Positions 37,151 to 49,827 of a stretch of DNA of 64,000 bases are shown here, in pieces. The translations under genes were made by a program, and so were the position numbers. The DNA is taken from contig OZ024740.1 in assembly GCA_964016885.1 (NCBI GenBank), positions 269,266,001-269,330,000 of the forward strand, in the 5' to 3' direction. The notes below the pieces were generated by a model that saw nothing but the letters and a program-made list of their open reading frames with translations, made no database searches and was not told where the DNA came from. This stretch comes from Eledone cirrhosa (Eukaryota). The first letter of the stretch is position 1. Every line of letters starts with the position of its first letter.

Positions 37151-37411
37151 TTTGGGGCCACAGACTTCAACAAAATGCTCTTCAAAAAGTCTAGATATCA
37201 AAATGCCAAGAGCTAATCCATTGTGGAATAGAAGAACTGGAGATTCTGGCTGGTTGCTTTTGCCTGGTAAAGATGATGTCATCATCGAAAGGACTTCAAA
37301 TAATCTGCCACATGATTCGGGAGAGAGTTGACTGCTCACTAATCTTGGAAGTGCCAGACAAGAAGAAGCCTGGCACAACATACTCGCTGGAACACGGTCA
37401 GTCTGACTGCG
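37151..37411 (-). CDS. FOCAD: Focadhesin-like coding exon
   Basis: ttgcag|CGC ... AAA|gtgagt; 261 nt, phase 0-0. RSQTDRVPASM...LPGKSNQPESPVLLFHNGLALGILISRLFEEHF matches focadhesin LPGKPSADESQAVQIHMGLALGMFLSRLCEE. Confidence 0.9.
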
Positions 37412-37494
37412 CTGCAAGCAAATCAAGCAAAAGAATTACATGTTTAAATTGCAACTCAAGAAGTAATTTATATGATTTGTTTTGTGTCTGGAGG

Positions 37495-37554
<60 letters not shown>

Positions 37555-38164
37555 GTATATATGTTTTTAATGATATGAAAGATTTCCTGGTGGAAGTTCA
37601 GGTAAACTCTGGGTTGATATCCAGTTTCGGGTTGAAAATCCAATTTGAAAATCCAACCCGTCCCTTCAATCTATCTTATTTGTCGTTCTTTCTTCTGATG
37701 AAGGACTAGCATAAAAAATGTTAAGACCCTCTTCCTACTATTTCAAGCGTTAACCTAATATATTTCTTCCATATACTGTACCAATTGTGTTGTCATTTCT
37801 GTTTACCTTTTACATACATATATATATTTTTATGTATCTTAGGGATTGTAATGCCCAGTTACAGTAGGTTTACCAGAGTGAACACTCAATGCATAGTTTC
37901 CAGTAGGTATATTGCTGTTGTACTAAACAGAATGTAATACTAATAAAAATAACAATAAAAAAAAACGAGTGTTAGATCTTCATTACGTTTATTGAGGTGT
38001 GACATGCATTTCACGATTCATCAGCTCAACAAAAGACTGATGAGCTTTTGATTCCAGATTCAGACCAGATTGATACAGATTGAGCCTTGAGCTGATCAAT
38101 CATGAAACCCATGTCACACCTCAGTAAACACAAGGAAGATCTAACACTCATCCTTATTATTATT

Positions 38165-41100
38165 GTTATTATTATTGGTGTTCGTGTTTTTGTTGATGTT
38201 GTTTTTGGTGGTGGTGGTGGTGGTGGTGCAGCTTTCCGTGCTGACACTGGCATTGGCAACAAAGGAGGTTTGCGACCCCCTGCATTTTTTGCGCTGAGGG
38301 CAGAAGGCTTGAAGATGCGTTGCTTCCCCGCAGATGAAGCAGCGTGGCCTTCTTCCGTCAATCATTAGTTGGATTGTTGTCCCATCCTGCAGGCGGGCAA
38401 AATCCGGGATGTTATTCATATCCTCCGGTTTCATTTGGAGAAGAATCTCCAAATCCATTCCGGTCCAGTCCTCTCTCTCTGTCCTTTTGATGTCTAGGAG
38501 GGCAGTGTCTGTCCCCTCCTCGATTACGCAAGCAGCCGGATCACCACCAACACCAAAACCAATCCAAGGAGAAAACGAGGAAAGCTCTCCCACTCCCCCC
38601 CCCCCCCCCCCAATTATACACATAGACAAAACAATAAACGCACACACAGATACAGAGACACTCACAGACACAGACCCTTTGTCTTCCAGCAGCGAAGATG
38701 AAGGAAAACCCAAAAGTGCAAAAAAACAGAGGAAACTTACAAAAAAAAAGCCCCAACAAAACACAAAAACACACTAAACAAAAAATACAGACACCTCTAA
38801 TGCAAACACTTCCCCAATAACATCATCACCAACAGCAACATTGACACCACCTCCACAATCCCCGAAATGCAAACAACCTAAACAAATACAAGTACAAATA
38901 AACACACAAATACCTGAAATTGCAGACACCACACCTACAACAAACACAGACATACCCGAAACAACACCACCAAAACCATCACCACCACCTTCACCAAAAC
39001 GAAAACAAATAAAACCACACCAACAAAATGTTAAAAACTTTGTGCTTGTCAGAAGGGCCAACGATAAACTGATGGCCCTCTTAGTGCGAAGCGAGGATAT
39101 TCAAACAGAGGGGGAGATTTTTGAAATGAGCACATTTTGCGTGCCAGAAGATTTGCTTCTGGTCCGAATGTCAATCAATTCCTTCAAAGAAATTCGAGAG
39201 AGCTTTCTTCAAGACGTGGGAACCCCGAATGTGAAACCCACATCAAGACTTTTAAAGGGGTTCCCAAAAGAAACCCCACCAACCATGGAGGTCGAACCAC
39301 CCGACCTTCACAAGACCCGGGAGGTAAGTAAACCTACCCTCTCTCTCTCTCTTAGCTTACCAATATGGCCATATTAAGAGTAGGAAGTTTAAATGTTCGC
39401 GGCCTGGGGTCACCCTGGTCGCCTGCTCAACAACCTCCGGTCGCTGGAAATGGATGTGATTGCCGTAAGCGAGACCAGAATTTCCAACACGCGCGCACTA
39501 GCCCCCATTTTCGACGACTATCAGATCTTCGCATCTGTTAGCAGACCGGGAAGGGGTGGGGGTGGGGGTGGCAGTGCTGTTTAGGAAAGGACTGGATCTC
39601 GAGGTAAGGTCGATCTTCCGGGACCCGGACGGTAAGTTGGTGGTCTTGGATGTGAGCAGTAGCGAAGGTGGTGCCTTTAGACTGCTGGCCGTCTACGCCC
39701 CAACGGGGGCCGGACGCCCTGACTTCTTTAGGCGCCTGGAGACCTTTCTGGGTACGTCTCGCCCTTTACTGTTAGCGGGGGACTGGAATGGCATCTTAGA
39801 CGCACGCTGGGATTGTGTGGGAGTAACCGATAGAGGCGGGGGATGCAAAAGCCTCAAGCACCTAATCAGCCAGTTCCAACTGTCTGACAGGTATCGACTA
39901 GATTTCCCCAATGTGCCAGAATGGACATGGACCAACCGAATGAGGTCATCTAGATCGTATATAGAGGATTTGGTTGGGGAGGCGCAAACTTGCGCAATCC
40001 TAGCCAGGTCCATACACGACAATCTCCCCCTCATGCGATACATCATAGAGAGGGTGGGGTGTAAACCTGGCTTCGGTGGGGCACTGATCAATTTAGATCA
40101 ATCGAAAGCATTCGATAGGGTCGACCATCGGTATCTGGAGTTTGTCCTCAAAGCAGCTGGCTTCGGCCCTGTCTTTAGAAGCTGGATCGTTGCAATGCAC
40201 AGCGGCACACGCTCGGTGGTCAAGGTTAATGGCCACCTCTCGGAACCATTTCGGCTCTCCCGATCGGTCCGTCAAGGGTGCGATCTCTCTTCCCTTCTGT
40301 ACATATTGACTCTTGAGCCTTTACTGCGGAAGCTGGAGCTGTTGCAGGGCATCCCACTCGAATCGGGACATGGAAAGGCGGTTGTCGGCTTATGCGGACG
40401 ACATCACCGTGATGGTGTCGAACACCTCAGAAATCGAGGTGGTTGGCATCTTATTGAAGGAATATGAAAGGTTGACAGGAGCCAAACTTAACGCGGAAAA
40501 GTCGGTGGGCTTGCAGCTGGGGAACCTGGAGAGGCAAGCCCATGCCGTCCAACAGCGTCGTGGGGCGCTGGACGGACGGACCGGTAAAGTTGCTCGGGGT
40601 TTGGTTCGGACGAGACTTCCAGGTGGAAAAGAATTGGGACGAGGTAACGAGCAGAGTAGCCAGTCTCACCCAAAAATGGGCTGGGAGGAAGCTATCACTG
40701 AAAGGTCGCGCGGAGGTGCAAATGCGTACATCGCGTCTGTCATCTACTACCGCCTAACCGTCGTGCCTTGCCCCGGTCCGCGCCTCGCCAAGTTGGAACG
40801 GCTCCTCTTCAAATTCTTGTGAAGGGGACAAGTTCCGTTGGTGAGGCGGTCCATCTGCTGCCAGCACCCTCTACGCGGAGGGCTGGGCATGCCGTGGCTA
40901 ATGATGCGCAGACATGCGTTGACGCTGCGACATCTCCAGATATTCTGCCTCAATGGTGAACAGGTGTGGTCGCCGTTTATCAGAAGGGCCTTTCCGCAGC
41001 TCATTTCTTTGACTGAGCTGCAGTCCTGGGTCAAGAAGAGACCGAGACTGGGTGACTGGCACCTGGAATGTTGCCAGGCACTCACTGCCCTCTACCAAGC

Positions 41101-42068
41101 GGGCAATGCGATCAGTGGAACTTCCACTCTCGAGTTCTATAGAGGATTAGTGGTGGGCAAGTGCGATGACGCACACGGAGAAGCTTTGGGCCTCGACGAA
41201 GTCGAACTGACCAGTCTGTACCGGAGGACTTTTGAGCCGGGGACGATGGACAATTTCCAGAAATCCCTCGCTTGGCAGTGCTACCGGGGGGGGGGGGGGG
41301 CACTGCCGGTTGGGGATAAACTCTACAGGCATGGAAGTGCTGTCAGACGGACCTGCCCAAGATGCGCACAGAACGACGAAACCGTTCTGCACGCACTTGT
41401 CCAATGTCCGTGCATTACTGACTTGTGGAGTTATGTCGAACAGCTACTGTCGCGTGTGGAACGAATCCGGCTATCGGCCGAGTCCATAGTGAAGATCGAG
41501 TCGCCACCTTCCTTAGGTCAGGAAGAGCAGGAAATTTTCCTCTGTCTGGTGGCAGTTGCGAAAGAGATTATATGGTGGACCAGGTTGAAAGGACTAAAGA
41601 CAGACACTTTTCTCTTCGGCCAATCCCTCATCAACTTCTTCAAGTTTCACCTGGAAAGGAGGGTGAGGGTGGAGAGAGAAGTGCTGCCCCCCAGTACATT
41701 TGCTAAAAGGTGGGTGAATATGGCGAGAATGGCTCGTGTGAATGGGCCTACTCTGACCATGCGCCTATAGGCTGGCTAACTTGAGGAGAGGGGTGCACTC
41801 CTGGGTGCCCTAGAAGCGCAGGGTGGTTCAGGATTGGTGGGGTACCCGAATCACCCCAGGGTCGTCCACCTCCTATCGGGGAATTTATTTTGTTATATTT
41901 ATGCATAGTTTATTTTATATTTTTATATTTTCATTGTTAAATTATTCTTGCCATTGTGCACTTTTACTCCACCTTATTGTAAACCCCCACTGTCCCTGTC
42001 TTGTCCCCTACATGTCGGCCCTTGTGGCTAATAAATGAAATTATTATTATTATTATTATTATCATTAT
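38165..42068 (+). mobile_element. Tx1/L1-clade LINE with a 5' inversion and an internal deletion
   Basis: ORF1 CCHC piece inverted at about 38175-38530; APE motifs VSET, VYAP, GDWN; RT LDQSKAFD, VRQG, YADD; C-terminal CPRC..ETVLHALVQC; AATAAA followed by (ATT)n. Confidence 0.9.
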
Positions 42069-42184
42069 TATATATACATATGTATGTATATGTCTATGTA
42101 GAAAATATCCGTAGGTAGGAAAAAGGAAAACTAATCAATCGGGTAGAGACCTGATATATATATTATTTATTTATATTCCATCTC

Positions 42185-42438
42185 GGAACAAAAGCTCTAA
42201 CTAAAGTTTCAAAACCCAATATTGACCATATCTCCAGAATGTAAGAGGAACCAAAATTGTGAAAAAATATTCAAGTGCTTATATGAGTTTATAAGATACT
42301 ATTAAAAGCAAACATGCTAAAAATGGTATCATAAACTTGTATATGCATCTGAAGATTAGGTCACAACTTTGATTCCTCTTATATTCTAGAGATATGGTCA
42401 ATATTGGGACTTGAAACATTAGGTAGTGCGTTTGTCCC
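42185..42438. repeat. Inverted repeat with ~77-bp arms
   Basis: 42185-42262 (..cccaatattgaccatatctccagaatgtaagaggaacc..) is the reverse complement of 42361-42438. Confidence 0.85.
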
Positions 42439-42578
42439 ATGTATGAACATAAATTCCCCCCACTGCTACGATGACCCTGCCCATTCTATGATAATTGACC
42501 CATCTCTATTATTACCCCCCCCCCCCCACTCCCCCATCAAGTCTTCCTTATATATACTGTGTCTACCATTGACATGTT

Positions 42579-42633
42579 AGTTCTTGTCTGATGACCCTGT
42601 GATAAATAGGCGAAACTCCAGAGTAACAAGACT
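42579..42633 (+). ncRNA. Type I hammerhead ribozyme motif
   Basis: TCTTGT-CTGATGA-c-CCTGT-gataa-ATAGG-c-GAAA-CTC-ca-GAG-TA-ACAAGA: stems I, II and III plus a GUA cleavage triplet. One C:C mismatch at the base of stem II. Confidence 0.7.
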
Positions 42634-43995
42634 CACTTAAAATTAGCCTTAATGATTTTTAATAAATATATATATATATACATGGGATAAAAGGATAAAG
42701 ATCTCAACTCCTTGTGTCATAGAGGCACCGCCAAATGGTATGTCTATGGCACGTTTAAACTTGGTGGAACCTATTCCTCTCCAGGTCTGAACGCAGCCAA
42801 TTTTTTCTATAGAGGAAGAATTGACACCAGTACTGGACTGGTACTTTTTTTTTATTGACCTCGAAAGGATGAAAGGCAAAGTTGACCCAGGCAGGATTTA
42901 ATCTCAGAGCGCACAATGAGGTGGGAGAAATACTATAAAGCATTCTATCTAACATCCTAATGACTCTGCCAATTCACTGCCTATGATATTATGATATATA
43001 TCATCATCATCATCATTTTACGTCCACTTTTTCCTGCTTGCAAGGGTGGGACAGGAACTGATTCTGGCTTGATTTCTACAGCTGGATGCCCTTCCAATAC
43101 CCAACCTCATTTACAGTGTATGCTTTTTTGCCATGGCACCTCCACAACCACTTTGCAGTGGAATGATATGGACACCAGTCTCTATCATCTCATTTCTACA
43201 GCTGAGTAAACTGGAGTAATGTGAAATAAAGTGTCTTGCTCAAGGAAACAACACATCACCCGGTCTGAGAATTGAACTCACAACCTTTCGATTGCAAGGC
43301 CAATGCTCTAACCACTAAGCCATATGCCTCCTATCTATATATACACACACACACACAATGAACTTCTGTTATAACAAAATTCATGGGGTATAAAAAAGAC
43401 TTTGTTGTAAAGAAAAATTCTTTATAAAAAGTTTGACTGAAACAAATTGAGCGTTAGCTGTTATTACATCGGCGATTGAAAAAAAATTTTACTGAAAGAT
43501 TTGTTATAGTGGTATTTGTTACAATGGGATTTTTCCTGACACACACACACACATATATATATATAAAGTGCATAATACATTTTTTATTTCAATTTTAATG
43601 TTTATAGTTTTTCTGCTGAAATTGAAGATTTTCAGAAAGAAATTAAACAATGAAGCTATATTTTTTCTTTCTAAACTTAATTACCTCTATATGTATAACA
43701 TCAATGATTTAATATATTTATCTACTGTGCAGCATTAAAAAGAAAGTCTAGACAAAATTATAATAAACCTAATTAAATTAATTATAATTAATTTTACTTG
43801 TTAATTAATTTTATTTGTGCTAGTATGATTTTAATGTTTCTTTCTATAGACATTTTAATGTATTATGAAAGTTCAACTGGTAATAGAAATTGTATTGAAA
43901 ACATGATTTTCTGATAGATAACTATTGTAAATAAATTCAAAGTTATTGGCTAATATAAATGAGTATAAATATAAGAAATTCAGTTTTATACGCAC

Positions 43996-44221
43996 CTGCT
44001 GACAAAGTCCAAGCAGATTATTTCCACTAGTTTTATATTTGACATTCCATAACGAGAGTACTGTGTCAGTTATTAACATTAACCATTGCTTGTGTTTCAT
44101 GTGGGCAGAGCCAGCCTCCTCTTCACCAACTGATGATTCTTCTCCAGATCTGAACTTGTTTACTGCACACACTACACCAGATAGTGCCATCACACAATTG
44201 GCTTGCATAGTAGGATTACCT
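43996..44221 (-). CDS. FOCAD: Focadhesin-like gene, coding exon (first recognised in window)
   Basis: ttccttag|A GGT AAT... to ...CAG CAG|gtgcgt; 226 nt, phase 2 to 0. Encodes GNPTMQANCVMALSGVVCAV...KQWLMLITDTVL...GLCQQ, resembling focadhesin ESPVVKGNALLALSSLAVVV...KEWVSMVLDTLL as recalled. Confidence 0.85.
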
Positions 44222-45382
44222 CTAAGGAATGAAGATGATAATTTTTGTAAATATTACAAGGAAAATGATACACAGAAGTAAAGTATCCATTGACAAATTG
44301 TTTTGAATCATTATGATTATTAACTGACACTCCCCCCCTACATATCTCTATCTTATAACCACTAACCCTTGCAATAAACTATAAGCATGACGTAAGTTAT
44401 CTTGCTTCTCTCAACTTAATATAACTTTCTCTCAACTTTGAATATAACTATTAGAAAACTATATTTTCACTTAGAACAATTCCCCATACACTAACAGTCT
44501 AAAACTATCAGTTCATATACCTTTCTTCATTTCAACACTTCCATTGTTTCATATAAAGGTTTGATGTGTTTCTCTAACCACTAATCAATTCAAAGCAAAT
44601 ACTGCTTTACACTTAATTAGTTGTACCCCATCATTTCAGAAAGTACAGAAAGGCTACAGGCAGAATATTTCCGCATACAAAAGAATGGAAAATAGGAATA
44701 TAGAAAATCCATATATGCAAGAAAGTGGTCTCAGTGTAGAATAATATTGGTAAAAATTCAGTATTAAAGAAATAACTCATATATTTGTTAAGATGTGCAC
44801 ACCTGTTCTACATCACCAATACTGGACAAAACCGGGCACTTTGGTGGTTATGGGCAATCATATTGACTACAGAACTTTGACTGGTACTTAATTTATCAAC
44901 GACCAAAAGGATTAAATATAAAAATCAACCATAGCAAGATATGAATTAAAAACATAATAAAATACTGCAAGATATGTTGTCTACATTGTACTCATTCTGC
45001 CAATATGAAAGGGTTACTGGAACAAGTAACTGATTATTATGTAGATAAATACACAATGGTTTACAACAATGATACATAGTTGGAACAGCTACTGTAAGAG
45101 GTAATTGGCTTGTTTTATCACACTAGCATGAACAAACATTGTAATTTAGCAGTAGTACTTATACATAGACATTCTAAAGTTTACAAAGCAAAGCTGTAGA
45201 CAAAGGAGATTAAAATGAAGATTAAATTGATATTAGAGAATCAGCATAAGTGGAAGTATAAAACTTGGTATATGTGGCATGGTATATGTGACTTGGTATA
45301 CAGAAGAAATATGTGAAACTTAATAGAAAATGTTTGGAGAATTTGTGGCATAAGGGATAATATGTAGTACTTGGAAGAATAA

Positions 45383-45935
45383 GTGGTACTTGGGAGAATA
45401 TGTAGTACTTGGGAGATTATGTGGTACTCGGGAGAACATGGGCTACTTGGGAGACTATGTGGCACTTGGGAGATTATGTGGGACTTGGGAGATTATGTGG
45501 GACTTGGGAGATTATGTGGGACTTGGGAGATTATGTGGGACTTGGGAGATTATGTGGTACTTGGGAGATTATGTGGTACTCAAGAGAATATGGGGTACTC
45601 GGGAGACTATGTGGTACTTTGGAGAATATGTGGTACTTGGGAGATTATGGGGTACTCGGGAGATTATGGGGGTACTCGGGAGAAAAGGTGGTACTTGGGA
45701 GAGAGGTGGTACTTGGGAGAGAGGTGGTACTTGGGAGAAAGGTGGTACTTGGAAGAAAAGGTGGTACTTGGGAGAAAAGGTGGTAATTGGGAGTAAATGG
45801 TGGTACTTGTGAGATTATGTGGTAGTTGAGAGAGAAAATAATGGCTCTTGGGAGAATATGTGGTACTTGGGAGATTATGGGGTAGTTAGGAGATTATATG
45901 GTACCTGGGAGAATATGCACATGGAGGAATATGTA
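45383..45935. repeat. G-rich minisatellite, 17-19-bp unit GGTACTTGGGAGATTATGT
   Basis: About 28 tandem units; unit variants cluster in blocks. Confidence 0.92.
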
Positions 45936-45956
45936 GCATTTGGAAGAAACAATTTA

Positions 45957-46210
45957 ATTACTGCCTGCCAGGCTGAAGAGTGCAAACTGTCCAAGTATCA
46001 GTCGCTGTCTAATAGGTTTGTGGTAGAGCCTGCAGCAGTGGAGAATTCTGGTGTTCTTGGCACTTGAACCACATCCCTTCTTACTGCTATCAGATCAGAG
46101 TTGGCTGCTTGCATGTGCAAGCCCCGCATAGTGGAGTGGCTGTTCAAGCATATCTACCTCACCATCCTTCAGGTCAGTGTCTTCTCCATCCTGTCAGCCA
46201 GGACCAAGAA
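45957..46210 (+). mobile_element. 3' fragment of a CRE-like (restriction-like endonuclease) non-LTR element
   Basis: ACQAEECKLSKYQSLSNRFVVEPAAVENSGVLG and WLFKHIYLTILQ resemble the AE..K..KY....F.P.AVET.G..G and LFQRLS.A..RGN C-terminal motifs. Confidence 0.55.
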
Positions 46211-48668
46211 GATGACATATTAGAGAACGTGATTTCTACAATTAACCTTTCAAATCTATATCTTCTGCTTAAGAGAAGTAATTGTTCTTGATATCACAGA
46301 TTTAGAGTTATTTAATTACTGAGATAGAGGAAAAGAATGTCAGTCAGATGCAGAAGATAATATATGTTGATAAAAGTTGAGAACTAATATCAAATAGCGT
46401 AACTTATTTTAAATGTGTATTTTAATCAGCTTAGCTTAGGTAGTAAGCAGTATAATAATCATATTATTGACAGCTATATCAACAGTCTACTGGACCTAGA
46501 TTTACCTCTGGTTTCCATTGAAGGAGGTACAAAAGTAACCTTGGACTAATAAATGTTTCTTTGCACGGAATTGAACTCAGTGCTACAAGCCATAGAAACA
46601 CTAATTCGGCAATATGGCTAGTAGTAGACTGTTCATATTCTGCAGTATTTTATTTACTTTGCTGTTTGAAGGTTAAATGTCTTATTCATTGAAATTACAA
46701 GCAGTCACTGACAATCTTAGCTGGATATCTCAGCTATCCACACTCTTTAACTAACTAATTCTTCTTTTCTAGAAGAACCTCTAGGCACCATGGTCACAAG
46801 AATTTTGTTAAGTTGCTTATCTACCTAATCCTCCTTCAAAATGGAGTTAAACTCTATAGAATATAGAGAAATCTTATTAAAAAACTTGCAAATATCATCA
46901 AGAAGGTTTGTATTTAAAAAACAATCGATGCTGAGATCTCAAATTCAAGAAACAAATACAAAATTAGATTTTAAAAAAAAGCTGTTAGAAAGCTTGTTCT
47001 AACAGTTTTTAAAAAAAATCTAATCCTAGAAGGTTGGAGAGAGAAGTTGTAGTCATTTTAATAGTACTGCAAGATAGTAGTGAATATTGATCTATTTTCT
47101 ATTCTTTTTGGTTTACACAGAAATGTATGACAATATTTGTCTGGAATTTATTTACTTCCAACAACAGTGTTAATATGTTCTCAGCACTGATAATTAGTAT
47201 CATTATCAGACTAAAATTTCAATGATTGTTTATATTTTTACAACTTATTTCCTATTCATTAAATTTGAAATAAATATTCTTTCAGGCGATTTCCACTATG
47301 CTTAACCAACTCATAACAACAAACGAATGATTAATTAATTAAATACGCATAATTAAAACATCACGTACATGTTTTTTTCATGCCATGTATTTATGAACAA
47401 TAGCATCGTTGGTTATAGGTATCCAGCTGGCTACTGATTAATTCACTGCATTTCTAATGGTCCTTGTGGCAATCTCTGAAAGTTTGTTCCAAATTCTGGT
47501 AGTTAGGTTTATAAAGCTCCTTGCTAGATGTAGGTCTCAGTGTAGAAAGGTGATAACAGGCATGAATATACAACACTGCATCTCTCATACTATTGTGGTA
47601 GCATTGCTTTAAGTTCTATTGAGCAGTGGCTCATGTGCATTTCGTAGTGAGCTGCTGCTGAATCAACCTTTCATAAGAGCTTTCTTTTAGATTGCAAGAA
47701 ATTGGCTGAGTATACAATGTGAGGCATTGAACCCAAATCCTTTGTATTGAGGCTTTGTAAACAATGATTCTCCCTACCCTGTCTACCTTGTTTGCAATTT
47801 TTAATAACACCTGGCACCCCTAAGCCATACAATTACATGTAGTAAAGATATGATCAGTTTTCACCAATGTTCTATATATGTTTATATCTAGAATATCAAA
47901 CTACATTTTCATTAGCAATCTACAATTTTCAAAGTGCAAAGTAAGGTTTCAGAGCCTTCTTTTCCTTGATAGAACAATTGCTTGATATTTAGATGACTCA
48001 AATATTACTATACAATCACCTGCTAAGCTTTCGAGCTGGCAGGTTCTCTGTTTAAGCAAAATTGCCTTATCCAGCTGATCTGAGAAGTGCAAACAGTCTG
48101 CAGTCCTCAGTGGAGATGCATAACATTTTTCTATATAAAGTTGAAAAACATAACAAAAAGAAAGAAAACAAGGAAAAATACAAACAATTTATATTCTTTC
48201 CTTTGACACTTTATAAATTTCCTTTCTAAATTTAGAAAATGGATTAGTTAATAAAGTTTTCAAATTTTTTATTTAGTGATGAAATTTTTTTTTTTTATCC
48301 CTCCAGGTTTAAAAAAACAAACAAAACAATATGATAATATATTGATTTACATTATGTATATGAATTACCTGAAGGGTAAAATAAAGTCCATTAGTATTGT
48401 AATAATCATCTATCTACAAGAAACTTCTCATATTCCTTCACTCTTTTCACATCATTTAAACATAATTTTAACACAATCTTAGTTTTCTTACTTGCAACAA
48501 GCAGTCATTTATTTTAACACTTGGTTTGATTTCTGGTATTTTGAGTAAATCAATTGAGAAAAAAGAAATTAAGTGCTGAATATTAGTACTGATCAAACAG
48601 ACCTATGATAAAGATGTTCCAGTCACCATTTTGTATATTAGAAATTGTCCAATACATCCTATATTTAA

Positions 48669-48882
48669 CACTTTAAACTGGCCATATCTGGCTAGAATTC
48701 TCTCTCCTCTTTTTCTTAAAATCAGCAGTAAATGGCCACTCATACTGATGTTAAGGTATTGTTCTCAAAATAAATAATATCAACATCTCATAGATTTCAT
48801 GTTATGTGAGATAATTACGTGAGGTAAAACCATTACCATGAAAATACAATGGTATATACAGAGTAAAGTAAATGCGAAAGGG
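48669..48882. mobile_element. piggyBac-type MITE, second copy
   Basis: Homologous to 24777-24984 (agaattctct..., ctgatgttaaggtattgtt..caaaataaata); ends AAAGGG|TTAA. Confidence 0.75.
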
Positions 48883-49827
48883 TTAAGACAGTGAGCTCTC
48901 TCAACTGTCTTAACCCTTTAGCATTTGGTTGCTATTTCCAGCAAGTGGAGCAGCCATGTAGAAGCTCCCTTGTAGAACACTAAAACAACTGATATATCCT
49001 GATGCCTCTTATTTACTTGATAGGTAGTGATACAAAATCGATGGAAAAAATGTCAAATGATATACAATCGTATCTCTAAAATGACTTCAGAAATGTACTT
49101 GATTTTCAATTCAGTTTGATAAATCAACTGGCATGTGTGACATAGCAAAAGCAAACACATTTTTATGCTTGATTTTCATGAGCTGACTATAAAGGAAGAA
49201 CTTTTCAGCATTATTTATATGAAAGAAACAACTAGAGAAAATATGTATCCATTTTTTAGAAGAAAATTTGCCATTAAAAAAATAACATATATCTCTTATA
49301 ACAGGTGGTATACCAGCTTTGATCGGAGATTGAATTTGTCTCTATTGAATATAATGGAAAAGATCAGAAAATAAAACAATAATAATATTAATAATAATAG
49401 TAATAGACACTCAGCAAGAAAAGGAAACAAAGTTGAAAGAGGAAGAAAAATAGAAATAATAATAATAATAGCAATAATAGAGTAAATTTGATGAGACGTT
49501 ATATCCGTACCAGACAAACCATTTTCTAGGATTTAAAGACATATTATTTCAAAGAGATAGAAACGATTTAAAGAAACATTATCTAACTACAGGACATAGA
49601 GTTACATCCTGTTGCTTTGAAAATTGAGTAAAGGAAATTTGAAAAGACAATATCTTTATACTAGATGTAATGTTTTCTAGGATTTAAAGATATATGATTT
49701 CAAAGTGACTGAAACTGATGTAAAGAAATGTCATTCTACTACAACTTTGAGGAGATATTATTTCAATAACAGTCATACTACTACTATCACTATGATTACT
49801 ACTACTACTACTACTACTACTACTACG

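Noticed and set aside
45383-45935. CRISPR-like regular repeats and three overlapping ORFs
   Set aside because: Units are contiguous with no unique spacers and the context is eukaryotic. The ORFs are a by-product of a stop-free repeat unit.
49522-49745. About 70-bp diverged direct repeat as LTRs
   Set aside because: No TG..CA ends, TSD or internal domain; likely an old local duplication.
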